A stretch of 45,040 nt of DNA, filler included, from Sphacelaria rigidula (lineage: Eukaryota), in the NCBI GenBank assembly GCA_964200075.2. It is 2 parts of 2 records of this genome, joined end to end, with 100 filler letters (N's around TTAATTAATTAA, not from the genome) between each part and the next. Parts side by side here need not be neighbours in the genome. Positions count along the whole stretch, not along the records: positions 1 to 22,479 come from CAXNAA020000331.1; positions 22,580 to 45,040 come from CAXNAA020000332.1. One strand, given 5' to 3'. The position numbers and the translations under genes are program-made. The notes below the pieces were generated by a model. It did no database searches and was not told where the DNA came from. It was given only the letters and a program-made list of their open reading frames with translations. Of this stretch, positions 12,401-23,509 are shown piece by piece (position 1 is the first letter of the stretch; each line of letters starts with the position of its first letter).

Positions 12401-15400
12401 CTGCCCTTCTTCCGTCAACAAGCCACAAAAATATACTTTCATCAGAAAGGATCGATCTCTGGATCTATCGACTATTTTGCAGCCCTAGAATTTCAGGCGG
12501 GTGTAGTTCAGACTCATATTCAAGCCAGGGCACGCTCGTGCAATGGAAACATCAGAGAGGCTGCCGATCATGTACGAGAATTCCCGTTCCGGTTCATGCA
12601 CCCAACAAAACGGGTGCGCTAGGTTGTGGAAGGTAACAGCAGCTCTGCGAATCCGGCATGTGCATCTTTTAAACGTCTTCGCTGGTTCAAGCGTTTTTCA
12701 AGGAAAACCACCCGATAATAGAATAAGGCTTGGGTCCGTTGACCTCCGATGCGCTATAGTATACATCACGTTTGTCTCCAGCATTTTTATTCCAACCGTC
12801 CTCCAAGGTTTTACGACGGCGTGGGGAGTTAACCCGACTCTCGGGATGCTCGTAACCTCAACACCCAACAGCAAGTGATGGTCACAATGCAAGGGGTGAC
12901 TCACGTATTGTCATTTGGTGTGGTGCGGCTGCTATAATAGTCTGATCATTATATGAGCCAGATGTCGAGGCAATGTTTCCTCCCATGTACCCTCCATAGC
13001 AAGTCAAACACATGGTACCCATAGTCTCACCAGCGTTGCTTTCAAATTCTGGTGTATTGGGTTCTTCCCACTAAACTTCTCCTCGTCCGCTTCTACTGAG
13101 ACGCTCAATCTTCCTGTAACACTTATCGCCCTGTTCCGTGCAATCTTTTGTGTTGGCGCCGTGAGATTGTCATCGGTCCCAGTGGAGGAGAAACGTGGAA
13201 GAAAAGAAAGCTGCTCGATTTAAGATGGAATATAATCGCTTTGTTGGGAAACGCCTGATACCAACCGCCAAACCCCCTCACACATACACTGGAGGGTCCA
13301 CTGGAAACATTTTGGCCCTGGTCAAGCCTTGTTTTTGGTTCATAAGAGACTGGAGTCGGTGGTTGAGAGACCACGGGGTGTACGATACTTCGATTTTGAG
13401 AGATGTTCTTGAGAGTCACTGGGGAAACATTGCGGCTCCGGCGTCGAGGTTACGGCCCTTGGACGCCAGCCGCTAATTGTTCCGAAAATAGTTCATGTAT
13501 TGAAGGCCCCAACCTGCTGACCACCAGGATGGGTCATGTGGGGCTCACGCCAATTCAAGTTTATAATGATGCCCATTTAATCCGTAACTCGATCTGGCGC
13601 TCCACGCGTTGACCTTCACAAGCTGCGGGATTGTACACCACGGGTTTTCTTGAAATGGCTTTCCGGTGTACCAGCGCTCCTTATACAAATTCCACATACA
13701 TTGCCTCTTGTCCACGTGTCAGGTGTCGGAACAATCCAATTGAGAAGTCTTGATAGATCACTCCACCAGCCCGAACGCATCAACTCGAATGTTATTTCGA
13801 TCAAGACTTCACGATGTGTGCGGGTCCCGAATCTATCCCGAAACGTGCGCACACACGTACACACACAAAACACCTTCTTCAATGTCATAGGTCAAAATAC
13901 GCGGTGTAACTGTACGCCCATGACGTCCGCGCTTCGATGTATCTCTCCTCCCCAAGCTTGGTCCTTCGCTTGACCTGGGTGAAACATTCGTACGCATACA
14001 TCCTCACAGCGGGGAGCAAGAACATACGAACAAGTGCGCGCTTGTTCTCCCCTCCTACCATCCCATAATTCGTGACGCCTTTGACATGAAGTTTTCGATG
14101 TCTCGTTTTTCTAGCATGAGTCGGGGAACGTATGGACTTACCCACAGACACCACGACTTCGCACACGAAGAAGTACGGACCGTAGGTTAATATGTGCATA
14201 AATCGGGGGGAAATGTGTTCGGGGCGGGCTGGCTGGAGAAGGGGGATGGGGGCGGGTTGTTGGCGTGTCGTGTTTCGGTACCGACATAATATCTTCGGAG
14301 GCGGGGTAATTTTTGCGAAGAGGGTACTGCACGCAGGCGGGCGCGTGGGTAATCAAGGGTACCGTCCCCTTTCCAGCTCACGATGATGCGGATGCGCTGC
14401 TACATGGTATGACACGTAGCCGATCAGCGTTGGAGTGCGTTTTCGTGATGATTCTCCCGTACGACAGCAAGGTGCGTCTGACGAACAAAATACACGTTGA
14501 TATCTTTGCGGCGCCATCATACAGCATTCGAGGATCGGCCGCTCCTCGATAGTGAGCGTGCTGGCGAAGAAATAAGCTAGAGTATTCGTCACAATCCCTC
14601 AAAGACTCGTTCATTGTTTTGTGCTTTTTTCTCTGAGGATTGGGTCAAGAACGTATTCCAGCACTTTTCTGGGTACCCTCCAGAGTCTTCCCGCAGATTC
14701 GCTCGCAGCTCACGAGGCGTCACCGCGTAAAATTGAGCCACAGCTGTGTGGGTTTCAACGCGCGAAAACGGGATGCAGATGCAAACACTGACAGCAATGT
14801 TTTCTGTCGAAGCGAATCAAAGTCATCTCTCAATGACGTGGTCGCCACGAGGAACAAAGTTTTTGGGAAAGATGAAGGAAGATAAGAGTACGCCTGGATT
14901 TTTTATTTCAAGACATGCCCGGTATTCAAAAACTACTCTTGGCCCCGAGTCAACCTTTTCGTCATACAAATCCCGGGCGGGTTGATGCCACTGTTCGCAC
15001 GATCCCAACCCTAACGACGCCGTTTTGCGGTGTTGGAATCGCGACAGGCGTTCGTGTCACGTGGGCTTCGAAAGGCTCAACATCGAGGAACGCTATGGTA
15101 GAGTACAAACCCTAGCCAACTGTACTGCGCTTGACCCACCGCGCACTTTTTAGTGGCGACGTTTGCGATAGGGTGTTCCCAACATCCGGGTGATGTGCAC
15201 ATGATGAGGGTCGTCGAAAAGAATGGAACAAAGGCGGACAGAGGTCGCGAAATAGTCACGTCGGTCGGAGCTCGAAGAGCGTTGAACCCGTCCCGTGCAC
15301 AGGCTTACCACCGTTCAACTCAGGGGAAATATGAAATCCGTTGGTGGTGGGCCTTGACTCGATCACTGAACTCCGAATTTGTCCCATGGTGTCCCACGTG

Positions 15401-17286
15401 TGCTCAATTTGAACTTGAGGTAGATGTCCCCAGCAGTGCTAGTGCACAGATCCACGAATGCCTCGCACAAGGAACGTTGACAGTTGATCCCTGAGTTGCA
15501 AGGTCGTCAGTCTTAACATTATGTCCGCCGATTAATATACAAGCATTCGTGTGGTTTAATTCAATGATCGAATGACATCGCAAATATGATGTCTATGCAG
15601 TCGCGGTCAGGACTTTTGGCGAGCTCGCACCTCGTCCCGCCACCCTCATCATCGGGCGTGAACATGTAGAAGGACAACCCCGTAAAGCGCCAAGTTGGAG
15701 TTGCAGGAAGATGTAGGGTCGTTGCCTAGCTTTTGTAGGGATGTGAGGTGAAAGGTCGTATGACTACGGCATGCAGTATCATGAGTATCCTCCGCCCTCG
15801 TTTTTCTAGCCTTCAACTTGTCGCGTGCGCACGGACCGGACTAACGCCCTGCGTTGTCTTTTACCTCACGCCCTTCCCACAACCATAATACGTGTATACC
15901 TTGACCTGCCCAAACACCACCTAGCGAAAACGAGATTCTGTTTTCCCCGCGTTTCCTTGGCTGTGTCCAACGTCTGTATTACACTGCACGGTTCCCGTGG
16001 ATCGTGCTGTGCAGCTGGCGTTCATGACTGAGCAAGAGGCGACTGCCGCCAGGGAGAGCATGCACAGCGTCAAGCCGGATTACCCCGAATCCCCAGGATC
16101 GACTTTCAGTGGCGGAGGGGCAGACGGAGGAGGGCATGATAGTTTCCACGGGCACATGTCCTCGTCGGGGCATTCACTGCACGAGCCCCCCGTTATGCAC
16201 TCGGGTGCGGGCACGATTCCATGGTGGCACCGCGACTCCGGAGTGCTTGCTCCAAGCAGTAGTAGCGGTGTAGGGTGTGGGAGTGGTGGAAGTAGCGCTC
16301 ATCACTTCATTGGATTTCAGCAGCAGACCCAGCACACCGGAGGCGGAGCTGTAGATTATCACCCCCGCGACGGTAGATTTGACGGGACAGGGGGCATGGA
16401 GCCTGTAGACGAGACGTATGGCTACAGGACCAGCGGCGGTCACTACGGGCTGGTCCAGAGTATCCATGATGATGGCGATCGCGGAGGCGGAGCAGGTGGT
16501 GTGGGTGTAAGCGAGGCAGATCCCGATATGCAGCATGGTTACCGCGCGTCGTCGAGCCTAGTGCGCCGTTTTGGTGGGATGCCCGTGAGCGGCGGCGGTG
16601 GCGGCGTGCCCCCGTCTTCCTATCCAACGAAAATGGAACATCATCAGTCTGCTTGCGTGGTTTCTCCGGCGCCGTCTTCGTTCAAGCTACCTTCACCCGG
16701 AACGTTGCTTGCTGGTATTCCTTCGTCCGCAGCGCCACCACCTGCCTCCGCCGCAGGCTCCAGCACCCCCGGTGGTGGACACCACAACTCTCGAAGACGG
16801 CCCATGTCCCCGATGACCATTGGAACGCCGGGAAGAGGTGGTGGCGGCGGCGGCAGTAGCAGCAGCTCCGTTAAGTCGCCCCCGCCACACTTTATCCCAC
16901 TCCCGCCGCACCACCCCGGCGATATGGTAGACAAGCAAATCGCTGAGTTCGCCAACCTAAACGATATACTGTTCGGTCCTGACCAAACAACAGGGGAGAT
17001 GGTCATGGACCCCAACAACTTAAGCACGATGATGCCCACGGGCGGCGGCCCCCAGGGGGGCGGCGGCGGTAACGCGATCCAGCAGCGTGGGGGGGGAGGG
17101 GGACTGGGTGCGGGCGGGGCGGGGGAAGGAGGGCGGTTGCCGTCCATAGCGGGACTGGTAGCCGCTGGTCAGATGCTGAACAAGCCGAAGCCGTGGAGCC
17201 GAGGTTGCCGTGACACCGGAGCGGGCAGTGGCGGCGGGGCTAGCAGCGGCGGTGGGCTTGTTCGGGGCTGTACCGGCGAGGTGTAA
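9138..17286 (+). CDS. RWP-RK domain transcription factor (RKD-like), spliced join(9138..9437,11383..11586,16015..17286), 591 aa
   Basis: Exon 1 ends ...VPVEVIRPYFNYPLRRAAE|GTGAGT. Exon 2 reads ALCISVTTLKRLCRRHGVKRWPHRQLSGLNRAV...NVIID|GTGAGT. Together they give the RWP-RK pattern (YF..PL..AA..L.I..T.LKR.CR..G..RWP.R). Exon 3 starts CAG|CTG and encodes a G/S/P/H-rich tail. Both introns are GT-AG, phase 0. No PB1 or GAF domain seen. Confidence 0.88.
11383..11586 (+). CDS. RWP-RK gene coding exon 2 (RWP-RK core)
   Basis: Acceptor CAG ending 11382; 204 nt open; TTLKRLCRRHGVKRWPHRQ; donor GTGAGT at 11587. Absent from the ORF track. Confidence 0.92.
12064..12140. repeat. ~87-nt hairpin element, diverged copy 3 (reverse orientation, intronic)
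   Basis: GTATCTCACACGCGAGATACCCGGAATA...CAGTAA...TATTCCGGGGACCTCGAGT resembles the reverse complement of 5326-5412. Confidence 0.45.
15732..15787 (-). repeat. Second copy of the SINE-like body seen at 10-65
   Basis: 49/56 identity by manual alignment; the element probably extends left toward ~15600. Confidence 0.7.
16015..17286 (+). CDS. RWP-RK gene coding exon 3 (low-complexity C-terminal region)
   Basis: Acceptor GCAG ending 16014, in frame with the 429-aa ORF; GC-rich; stop TAA 17284-17286. GAG|GTGTAA could instead be a donor. Confidence 0.8.
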   Translation: MAFMTEQEATAARESMHSVKPDYPESPGSTFSGGGADGGGHDSFHGHMSSSGHSLHEPPVMHSGAGTIPWWHRDSGVLAPSSSSGVGCGSGGSSAHHFIGFQQQTQHTGGGAVDYHPRDGRFDGTGGMEPVDETYGYRTSGGHYGLVQSIHDDGDRGGGAGGVGVSEADPDMQHGYRASSSLVRRFGGMPVSGGGGGVPPSSYPTKMEHHQSACVVSPAPSSFKLPSPGTLLAGIPSSAAPPPASAAGSSTPGGGHHNSRRRPMSPMTIGTPGRGGGGGGSSSSSVKSPPPHFIPLPPHHPGDMVDKQIAEFANLNDILFGPDQTTGEMVMDPNNLSTMMPTGGGPQGGGGGNAIQQRGGGGGLGAGGAGEGGRLPSIAGLVAAGQMLNKPKPWSRGCRDTGAGSGGGASSGGGLVRGCTGEV

Positions 17287-20200
17287 GATAATATCAGGTT
17301 TAGATGAATGCTTCTTTCTTTGTGCACTAGAAGTGTGTGGTGTCGTGTATTTCGTTTCGAGTGCGGAGCGGACGGAGGGTGCAAGGAGGGGTGATCGACA
17401 GCGTCTTGTTTTCTGGTTGGTATGTGTGTGTTGCACGTTGGAGTGCGAGAGGGGAGATAGAGGGAGTTTGGACCACGACAGGGAAGAAATTTGTTTCGTG
17501 AGTTATCGTGATTGTGGGACCATGTATTTTTTACTGTCTCCCTCGCGGCGATTCGTCCGATGGATTTACGTGATGGGCGGGCGACGAGCTAGATGCCAAG
17601 AAGGTTGAAGCCTTCGCTGCCAACGTCGCCCCCTTCCCCTTCATCCCTCTCCCCTCCGCATAGATCCTTGGTTTCCCTTTTATATTTACATCTATTTTAA
17701 CCCCATCTGTGGATTTAGATCTTGGGTAGTTGTGACTCGTATTCGTTGCATGTATTTTCGTCTCAAAAGTTGGTGAAAGTTATGATGCTAGCAATGTCGT
17801 TTCTGTGTCGTCGACCTACTCCCCTACCCGGCCACTATAGGATAGATGCCGGCATTGCCTGGCTGCTTTTTTGCACGATTTGCATTTCACGGAGTGATCA
17901 GTCGCCCCTTTGTGCTTCCGGCGATGTGTTACCTTTTTTGTATCGAATATACGGTGTCGCTGTCTTGTCCATCTACATGATATGTGTCCTCTCGGTTGTC
18001 TTGTCTTGTCTTGTGTGTGTGCTCTGCTCTCCTCGGCGAGCGAGCTAGATGATGACACATGCCGTAGGCATGTGACGTTAGTTTGTGATCTCCTTGTGCG
18101 TGCCCCGGCGGATCTTGTGGAGAGACCGCGTGGCGAGGGAGGTGAAACATTGGCGGAGCTTTGTGTGTGTGCGTGATTTTTTGTGAAATCTATTTTTTAT
18201 GTAGTTTGAGGAAGCTCCTCTTGATGTTGATTTTTGTCATCTTGTCTTTTTTGAGGGAGGGGGGTTCGTTTGTCCGCGTACATATGTGCCTGTGCTCGTG
18301 CTTTGTTGTTAAATGCGTGTCTTGGTCGTGTGTACATGGTGACTAGTGCGCGCGTGTTTGGGGGGAAGAAAGTGAGCTGTATTGAAAAAGGGATCCCACG
18401 CCTTGCGCCGACCAACGGGGTCGTTGAGAGTTTTATTTTGACATTCGTTTTTTGTGAAACGTGTCTGTGCAGCAAATCTCTTTTTTCGGACGGCATTTTG
18501 TGGGGTGGAGGTTTTTTGAGGGTTTCGTTGTACCTCCTTTTTATCAACATTCGATTTGTAATGTGTTCCCTGAAAATATAAATATTACACATCCATACAA
18601 GCATGAGTATTTTTTTCTCCCTCTTGTCAACTTGAGGAAACGAGAGCAACACATGGAAAAAATAAATGATGACACCAAACCAGGGGTAGCTTCAACACTC
18701 CAACACAGCTTTAGCAACTATTCTAGTAGGGAAAATCGGATTTTTTTCCTCTCCTTTTGAGATTACACTTGTTTTCTTCTGCTTGTTGGGGTTACCGCGC
18801 TCGTTATGTTTTTTTTCTGGAGAAGAAGGATTGGCATTAAAAAAAAAAACTGTATATCCGGTAGCAGCAGAAGTGTGTGGTCTTTAGGTCGCCCCTACAT
18901 GATGGCTGGTGGCGTGTTTCGAAAGTGTCGATCGGAGTTGCGAGCAGGGTACAGCGCACTTATCACTATGGAAACCGCACATCACCCCATCGCCATGTAG
19001 CGAAGGGAACCCGGATACAGGGCCGGCCGAAGGATTCGCTTGGTGAAAATAGCCAGCTCTGAACCGGATGGGGTGTGGTTGATGGGCTTTCGTATGTGGG
19101 CGAGGGCGTGATTTCATAGTGGACGGTTGGATTAGGTAGTTTTATTTTTTTGTTTCGCCGAGTGCACGCGGAAGCGCTTCCCCACCCCCCACCCACCCAC
19201 CCCCGTCGAATCGGACGATAAAGTCCAGTGTAGTGGTGGATTGTTCCTATTTTCCTGCGCATGGAAGGACTGGCGGTTTGCATGTGCTGTAGCAGAAAGG
19301 GACCCATGCATGGAGCGCCTTGTGTGCGTGTATGGTCATGATACATTTGATCCAAATCATTTTTTTTTTACATGAACAGGATAGGGAAGGGGGGAAAGGG
19401 ACAGGGGGCAAGATTTTCGAGGCAGAAAATGTATCTTAGTATAAATGCCTGTGGGCACGTTTTGTCACAAGTGTAGATTTCAACGGCTTTTATCTATCGT
19501 CGGCTGAGTATGTGTGTGTATGGTGTTCCGTGTTCCGTGTTCCTCGTTTTCCTGGTTCCTTCGCTTTCGATCATGTGCACATAAGTGGTGTTTCTTTTTT
19601 AGTTTTGTACAGTACAGGTGGAGGAGAGTTTCTTGCAGTAGTGTGACAGACTCGACTTTGAGGATTGTTGAAAGTTGTGGTGAAGGTTCTTCTTTATTCG
19701 GGAGGGAAAATAAGCACAACTGCATACGGTCGGGGAAATTACCGAACAACACTCCCCCGACCGAGCTAGGCGATGAGTAGTACCTTACAAGCGGACGAAG
19801 AGCGCAAGAGAACCCTGTGGTTTTAGGAAATACTAAGTGTTTTTTTAATTCTTTTCTGTGTCTTTATGGGTAGTACTGTGCGTGCATTTTTTATTAATCC
19901 TTACGCTTTTGCTGCCAAAAAGCCGTTTTAATTGTGGTGACGTCACGGCTCCGTGCCACGCGGATATACATACTGTCTGCAGCGATGAAAGACAGCAGCC
20001 TACGAAGTAAGAACGATAGTAAACACGTTTAGTAGCCCAGCGGTCAATCGCCTAACGTTGAGTTCGCAGTAGGTCAAAGTTTGGTATTGAAAAAAAGCAG
20101 ACACGTTGCAAGACGAGGTGAAACGGAGGAGAGGGCGAGAGCGAGTGCGTCCAGGAGGCCCTGTGCAGTGGATGAGATACCCTGCTGTTTCAAGTGGCGG

Positions 20201-21261
20201 GTGTCGAATGACGAAGGCCGTGATGTTTTGAGTTGAGCCGTTGCTCGAGAAAGTTCCTGTTTTCCTCAAATCCCGGGTCTTTAACATTAGAGCCACATTG
20301 TCGGGAGTAATAGCGAACGGAGTAGTAGTTAGCACAGGAAAATCGTTTTATTTTGAATTATGATGGCAGATGCATTTATGTGTCTTGTGTACGTACATGC
20401 GCGTGTGTGGGGGTGATGAGTCGTGAATTGGTTGTCTCTATGGACGTCGGGTACGTGGTATGTGATGAACGGTGTCGTTCCAGTAACTGTTCGGTGTATA
20501 ACTCTTTCCGTCCGATAGGTTCCACTTCGGGACACCTGCGAGAGGGCAAAGGGTATCGTGGTGGTGAGGAACCAAGCAAGACGCACGAGAGCAATGGTTA
20601 GTTGTTCGTTCATGATACAGAGCACAAGCAGGCATCCATTCGCCTTGCTTTTTACTTGGTTCCAGGGGTAGATGGTGGAGTAGTGTCGGCGTTGAAGGTA
20701 CCCTGGATTTTCCATTATATACGTCCGGCATTCACAACCCCGGCCGCGTGACACTGAAGTACCTCACGTACCCTATCCTGGCCATATCACTAGTTGCTTA
20801 GCGTATGCGATCCTCGACCCATTATAGGCTGGGTAATAAAGAAGCACGTGCAACCTCGACCGGATAGTCGATCGACTGAGAACGGAAGTCACCACGAATG
20901 GATAGACAAAAACTGTCCGTAACAGGAGACAAGTAGAGGTGAAGGATCCAGTCCTCTGATTGAATCTGACGGTAACCATTTGGAAGTTTGCTTTGTTGAA
21001 AATCCTACATTCAAATCGCTTTTTTTTTTTTTTGCTTCTTTTCATGTGCAGCACAAATTTGACGCTCAGTTCTCTCGTAGGACTGCATACAATACTAATA
21101 CCACCTACTACTTGACGCCCCAGGTCGCTCCTCCGACACCTTGTATAATTGCAATCACCACAACTGTCACAAAATCAAATACAGTATCACCTCCAGTGGA
21201 AACGTTTTCAGCGTTCACGGTGAGATGATGATAGTGTTACGTTTGAGTTTTCAAGCTTATA

Positions 21262-22395
21262 AGTGATGCTACGGTAGCGATACAGCAAGGGGCAGTCGAA
21301 AAATAATTTCGGGACACCTAGGCCCCGAGATCGAAAATTTGAGTTTTTGAGGGGGGTGGGGGGGGGACACCAAGCCGTATGTCCCCTGTTTTTTTGCCGA
21401 AGCGTTGGCGGATGCGGTCAGCTGCCGTGGACAGTAGAGATCCTTTTATATCACATTTTATATTATATTTCATATACTATATTTCATGCATTATATATCA
21501 TATATTATGTTACATAAATATATATTTTATATATTACATAACGTTTATTATATTTCATATAAATAGGTTTATATCATTAGTCTCTATTATACTTGTTCTT
21601 CTCCTTGATATATACTATATTGTTTATATTATATACATTATATATATCTATTGTAAATATTTATATATGAAAATGTATGTGCTAGAATGTATACGATCCT
21701 TATTTCATATATTATATATAAATATGTAAAGGAGCAGAAGCAAACATACACCTCGCAAAGCCCACCAAACTTTTCGGATTTCGTCAATGTTCATTGATCA
21801 ATTTCTTGGAACAAAGTTAACGGGAAAAAAAAATCGGGATAATTTTGATTGTCGAGAAAACACCCTTCGGCATCTGAGGTCATCGGGACAGAACGGGCAA
21901 GCAGCAGAAGCAGATATACGAACCCCACAATGAAGCCCACCAGACTTTTCGGTTATTGTCAGCGTTCAGTGATAAATTTCTTGTAACAATGAACAGAAAT
22001 AATCAAAACAGTGTTAAGTGATCAATTCCTTGTGACAAACTTGACAAAAAAAAATCGAAAAAATCATGACAATTTTCGAAAAAATGCCCTCCGCGAGGGT
22101 GGGTGGGGGGGGGGGAGGGCGCTACGTGTTCCGATTTTTTTTCGAATGCCCCCTGGGTACAGAAATATTTTCTGATATTGGAATTGTTGGGAGCCCCTCA
22201 TCTCATCCAAAACACGACTCATGAAAATATGCGAGAGTACGCTAGGATTGCTATTATTCCAATGTGCAGGGGATATCCCGAATAAATCTGCAAGCGGGGA
22301 TGCCCTGGCCCATACTCTCGTGCGTATAGAATCGTTGGGAGCCCCTGAACCAGACAAAATTTCGCGGAAAGAGTCCACCCCTACCGTAGCATTGG
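21262..22395. mobile_element. hAT-like non-autonomous element/MITE (long copy)
   Basis: 12-nt perfect inverted ends ATGCTACGGTAG (21266-21277) and CTACCGTAGCAT (22381-22392). Segment 22160-22395 is homologous to 35090-35310 in reverse. Contains an AT-rich tract (21445-21728) and a diverged tandem duplication (~21734-21870 / 21904-22090). The superfamily call rests only on the AGTGATG-like end. Confidence 0.55.
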
Positions 22396-22479
22396 TCTTA
22401 TACGTAGAACAGTGTTTTCGTGAGATTGAGAGTAAATGATACGATTGAGAGTGAAAAGCGGTCAATCAGTGAATGAATC

Positions 22480-22579
22480 NNNNNNNNNNNNNNNNNNNNN
22501 NNNNNNNNNNNNNNNNNNNNNNNTTAATTAATTAANNNNNNNNNNNNNNNNNNNNNNNNNNNNNNNNNNNNNNNNNNNN
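22480..22579. other. Assembly gap / artificial contig linker
   Basis: 44 N + TTAATTAATTAA (22524-22535, stops in all six frames) + 44 N = 100 nt. Confidence 0.95.
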
Positions 22580-22650
22580 GCCCTATTGTACTTTTCTTCC
22601 GTACAGCCCTATCAACTATAGCTGGCAGTCTCTTTCTTTGCATGTTCTTA
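22580..22650 (-). mobile_element. LINE fragment at contig edge, same family as 35990-37495
   Basis: TGTACTTTTCTTCCGTACAGCCCTATCAACTATAGCTGGCAGTCTCTT aligns with TGTAATTTTCTTCCATACAGCCTTGTCAACTATAGCTGGCAATCTCTT at ~36393-36440. Confidence 0.75.
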
Positions 22651-23280
22651 ACGCTATACTGCCATCGCAATTTCCTCATGTCTTTCTCCGAATTTTCTGC
22701 GTTTGTTCTTTCCTTTTTTGTTCAAACGATGCTCAATAATCAATCGATCAAGCCAAATCAAGCCGCAGCCGACAGCCGAAGTATTTTTTTCGAGTTTCCT
22801 TGAGCGAATGCTCCGTTTCCAGATGTTTACCCTGAGTACGAGCAGCTTGTGACCCCGGCCAGGATCATCGTGGGTTACTCGATGCGCCCTAATCAATCGA
22901 TCGAATCAAATCATCCCGCAGCGGACAAAAGGTGACGTCACGTCAGCATTACTGTCGTTTTGCATCTACGCGTACAAAAAATATCCTCCATGAAGTCATC
23001 GGATTGTCAGTGGACAAAATTCAGGAACGGAAATCATGGCGTAAAAGAGGATGAGATTCGCATACCACAACCCTTTTTTTCTGTTCTTGCGAGTCACCGT
23101 TGATTATCATACCCAGCATATCAAACGTTTTGGCCGATAGTTCTCTGTCTCGTCACTCCCGCAGGCTCGGATATAGAAATGTTCAATTTGAAGCATAAAC
23201 AGCACTCCATGAGGCAAACGGTTGCAAGATTCTTGATTCCTGCGCGCTGTCGTACCACCTGTGTTAACGTCGGAAAATAG

Positions 23281-23509
23281 ATCGGCACGGCTGGTGATAC
23301 TAGGAGGCATTGGGATGCTGCTGAGCTTCGTTTTAACCATCAACTTTTCGTGCGCCGTCATCTGGCACGAGAGCGCACGCTGGTTCTGGATGGTTTTGAT
23401 ACTGTTCGGCATCAGACCCATTTTATTCGGCACCTACATATCCCGCGCGTTGCGGCTGGTGGTGGTGTTTCACCCTCGCGCGAAGCGAACACTCCCTTGG
23501 CTTATCCCG
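23281..23509 (+). CDS. 7TM-RGS exon A (two TM segments)
   Basis: AG|A TCG...; SARLVILGGIGMLLSFVLTINF...YISRALRLVVVFHP...LIP|GTGAGT. Confidence 0.85.

Noticed and set aside
12498..12632. Extra RWP-RK exon (AG...AG|GTAAC)
   Set aside because: The phase-0 frame hits TAG before the donor, and exons 2 and 3 already join in frame.
9138..17286. Sex-determining MID orthologue
   Set aside because: MID is a short volvocine-specific protein. Sharing the domain is not orthology, and nothing here shows sex linkage.
16174..17436. Several minus-strand ORFs over RWP-RK exon 3
   Set aside because: GC-rich antisense shadows with no independent motifs or splice support.
21379..21729. 116-aa hydrophobic I/Y-rich ORF resembling a membrane protein
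   Set aside because: Translation of an AT/TA low-complexity tract inside a repeat.
19936..22942. Two GGTGACGTCACG (CRE/aureochrome-type bZIP) sites at 19936 and 22931
   Set aside because: Two hits of an 8-bp palindrome in 45 kb is close to chance, they lie on different contigs, and no TSS is known.
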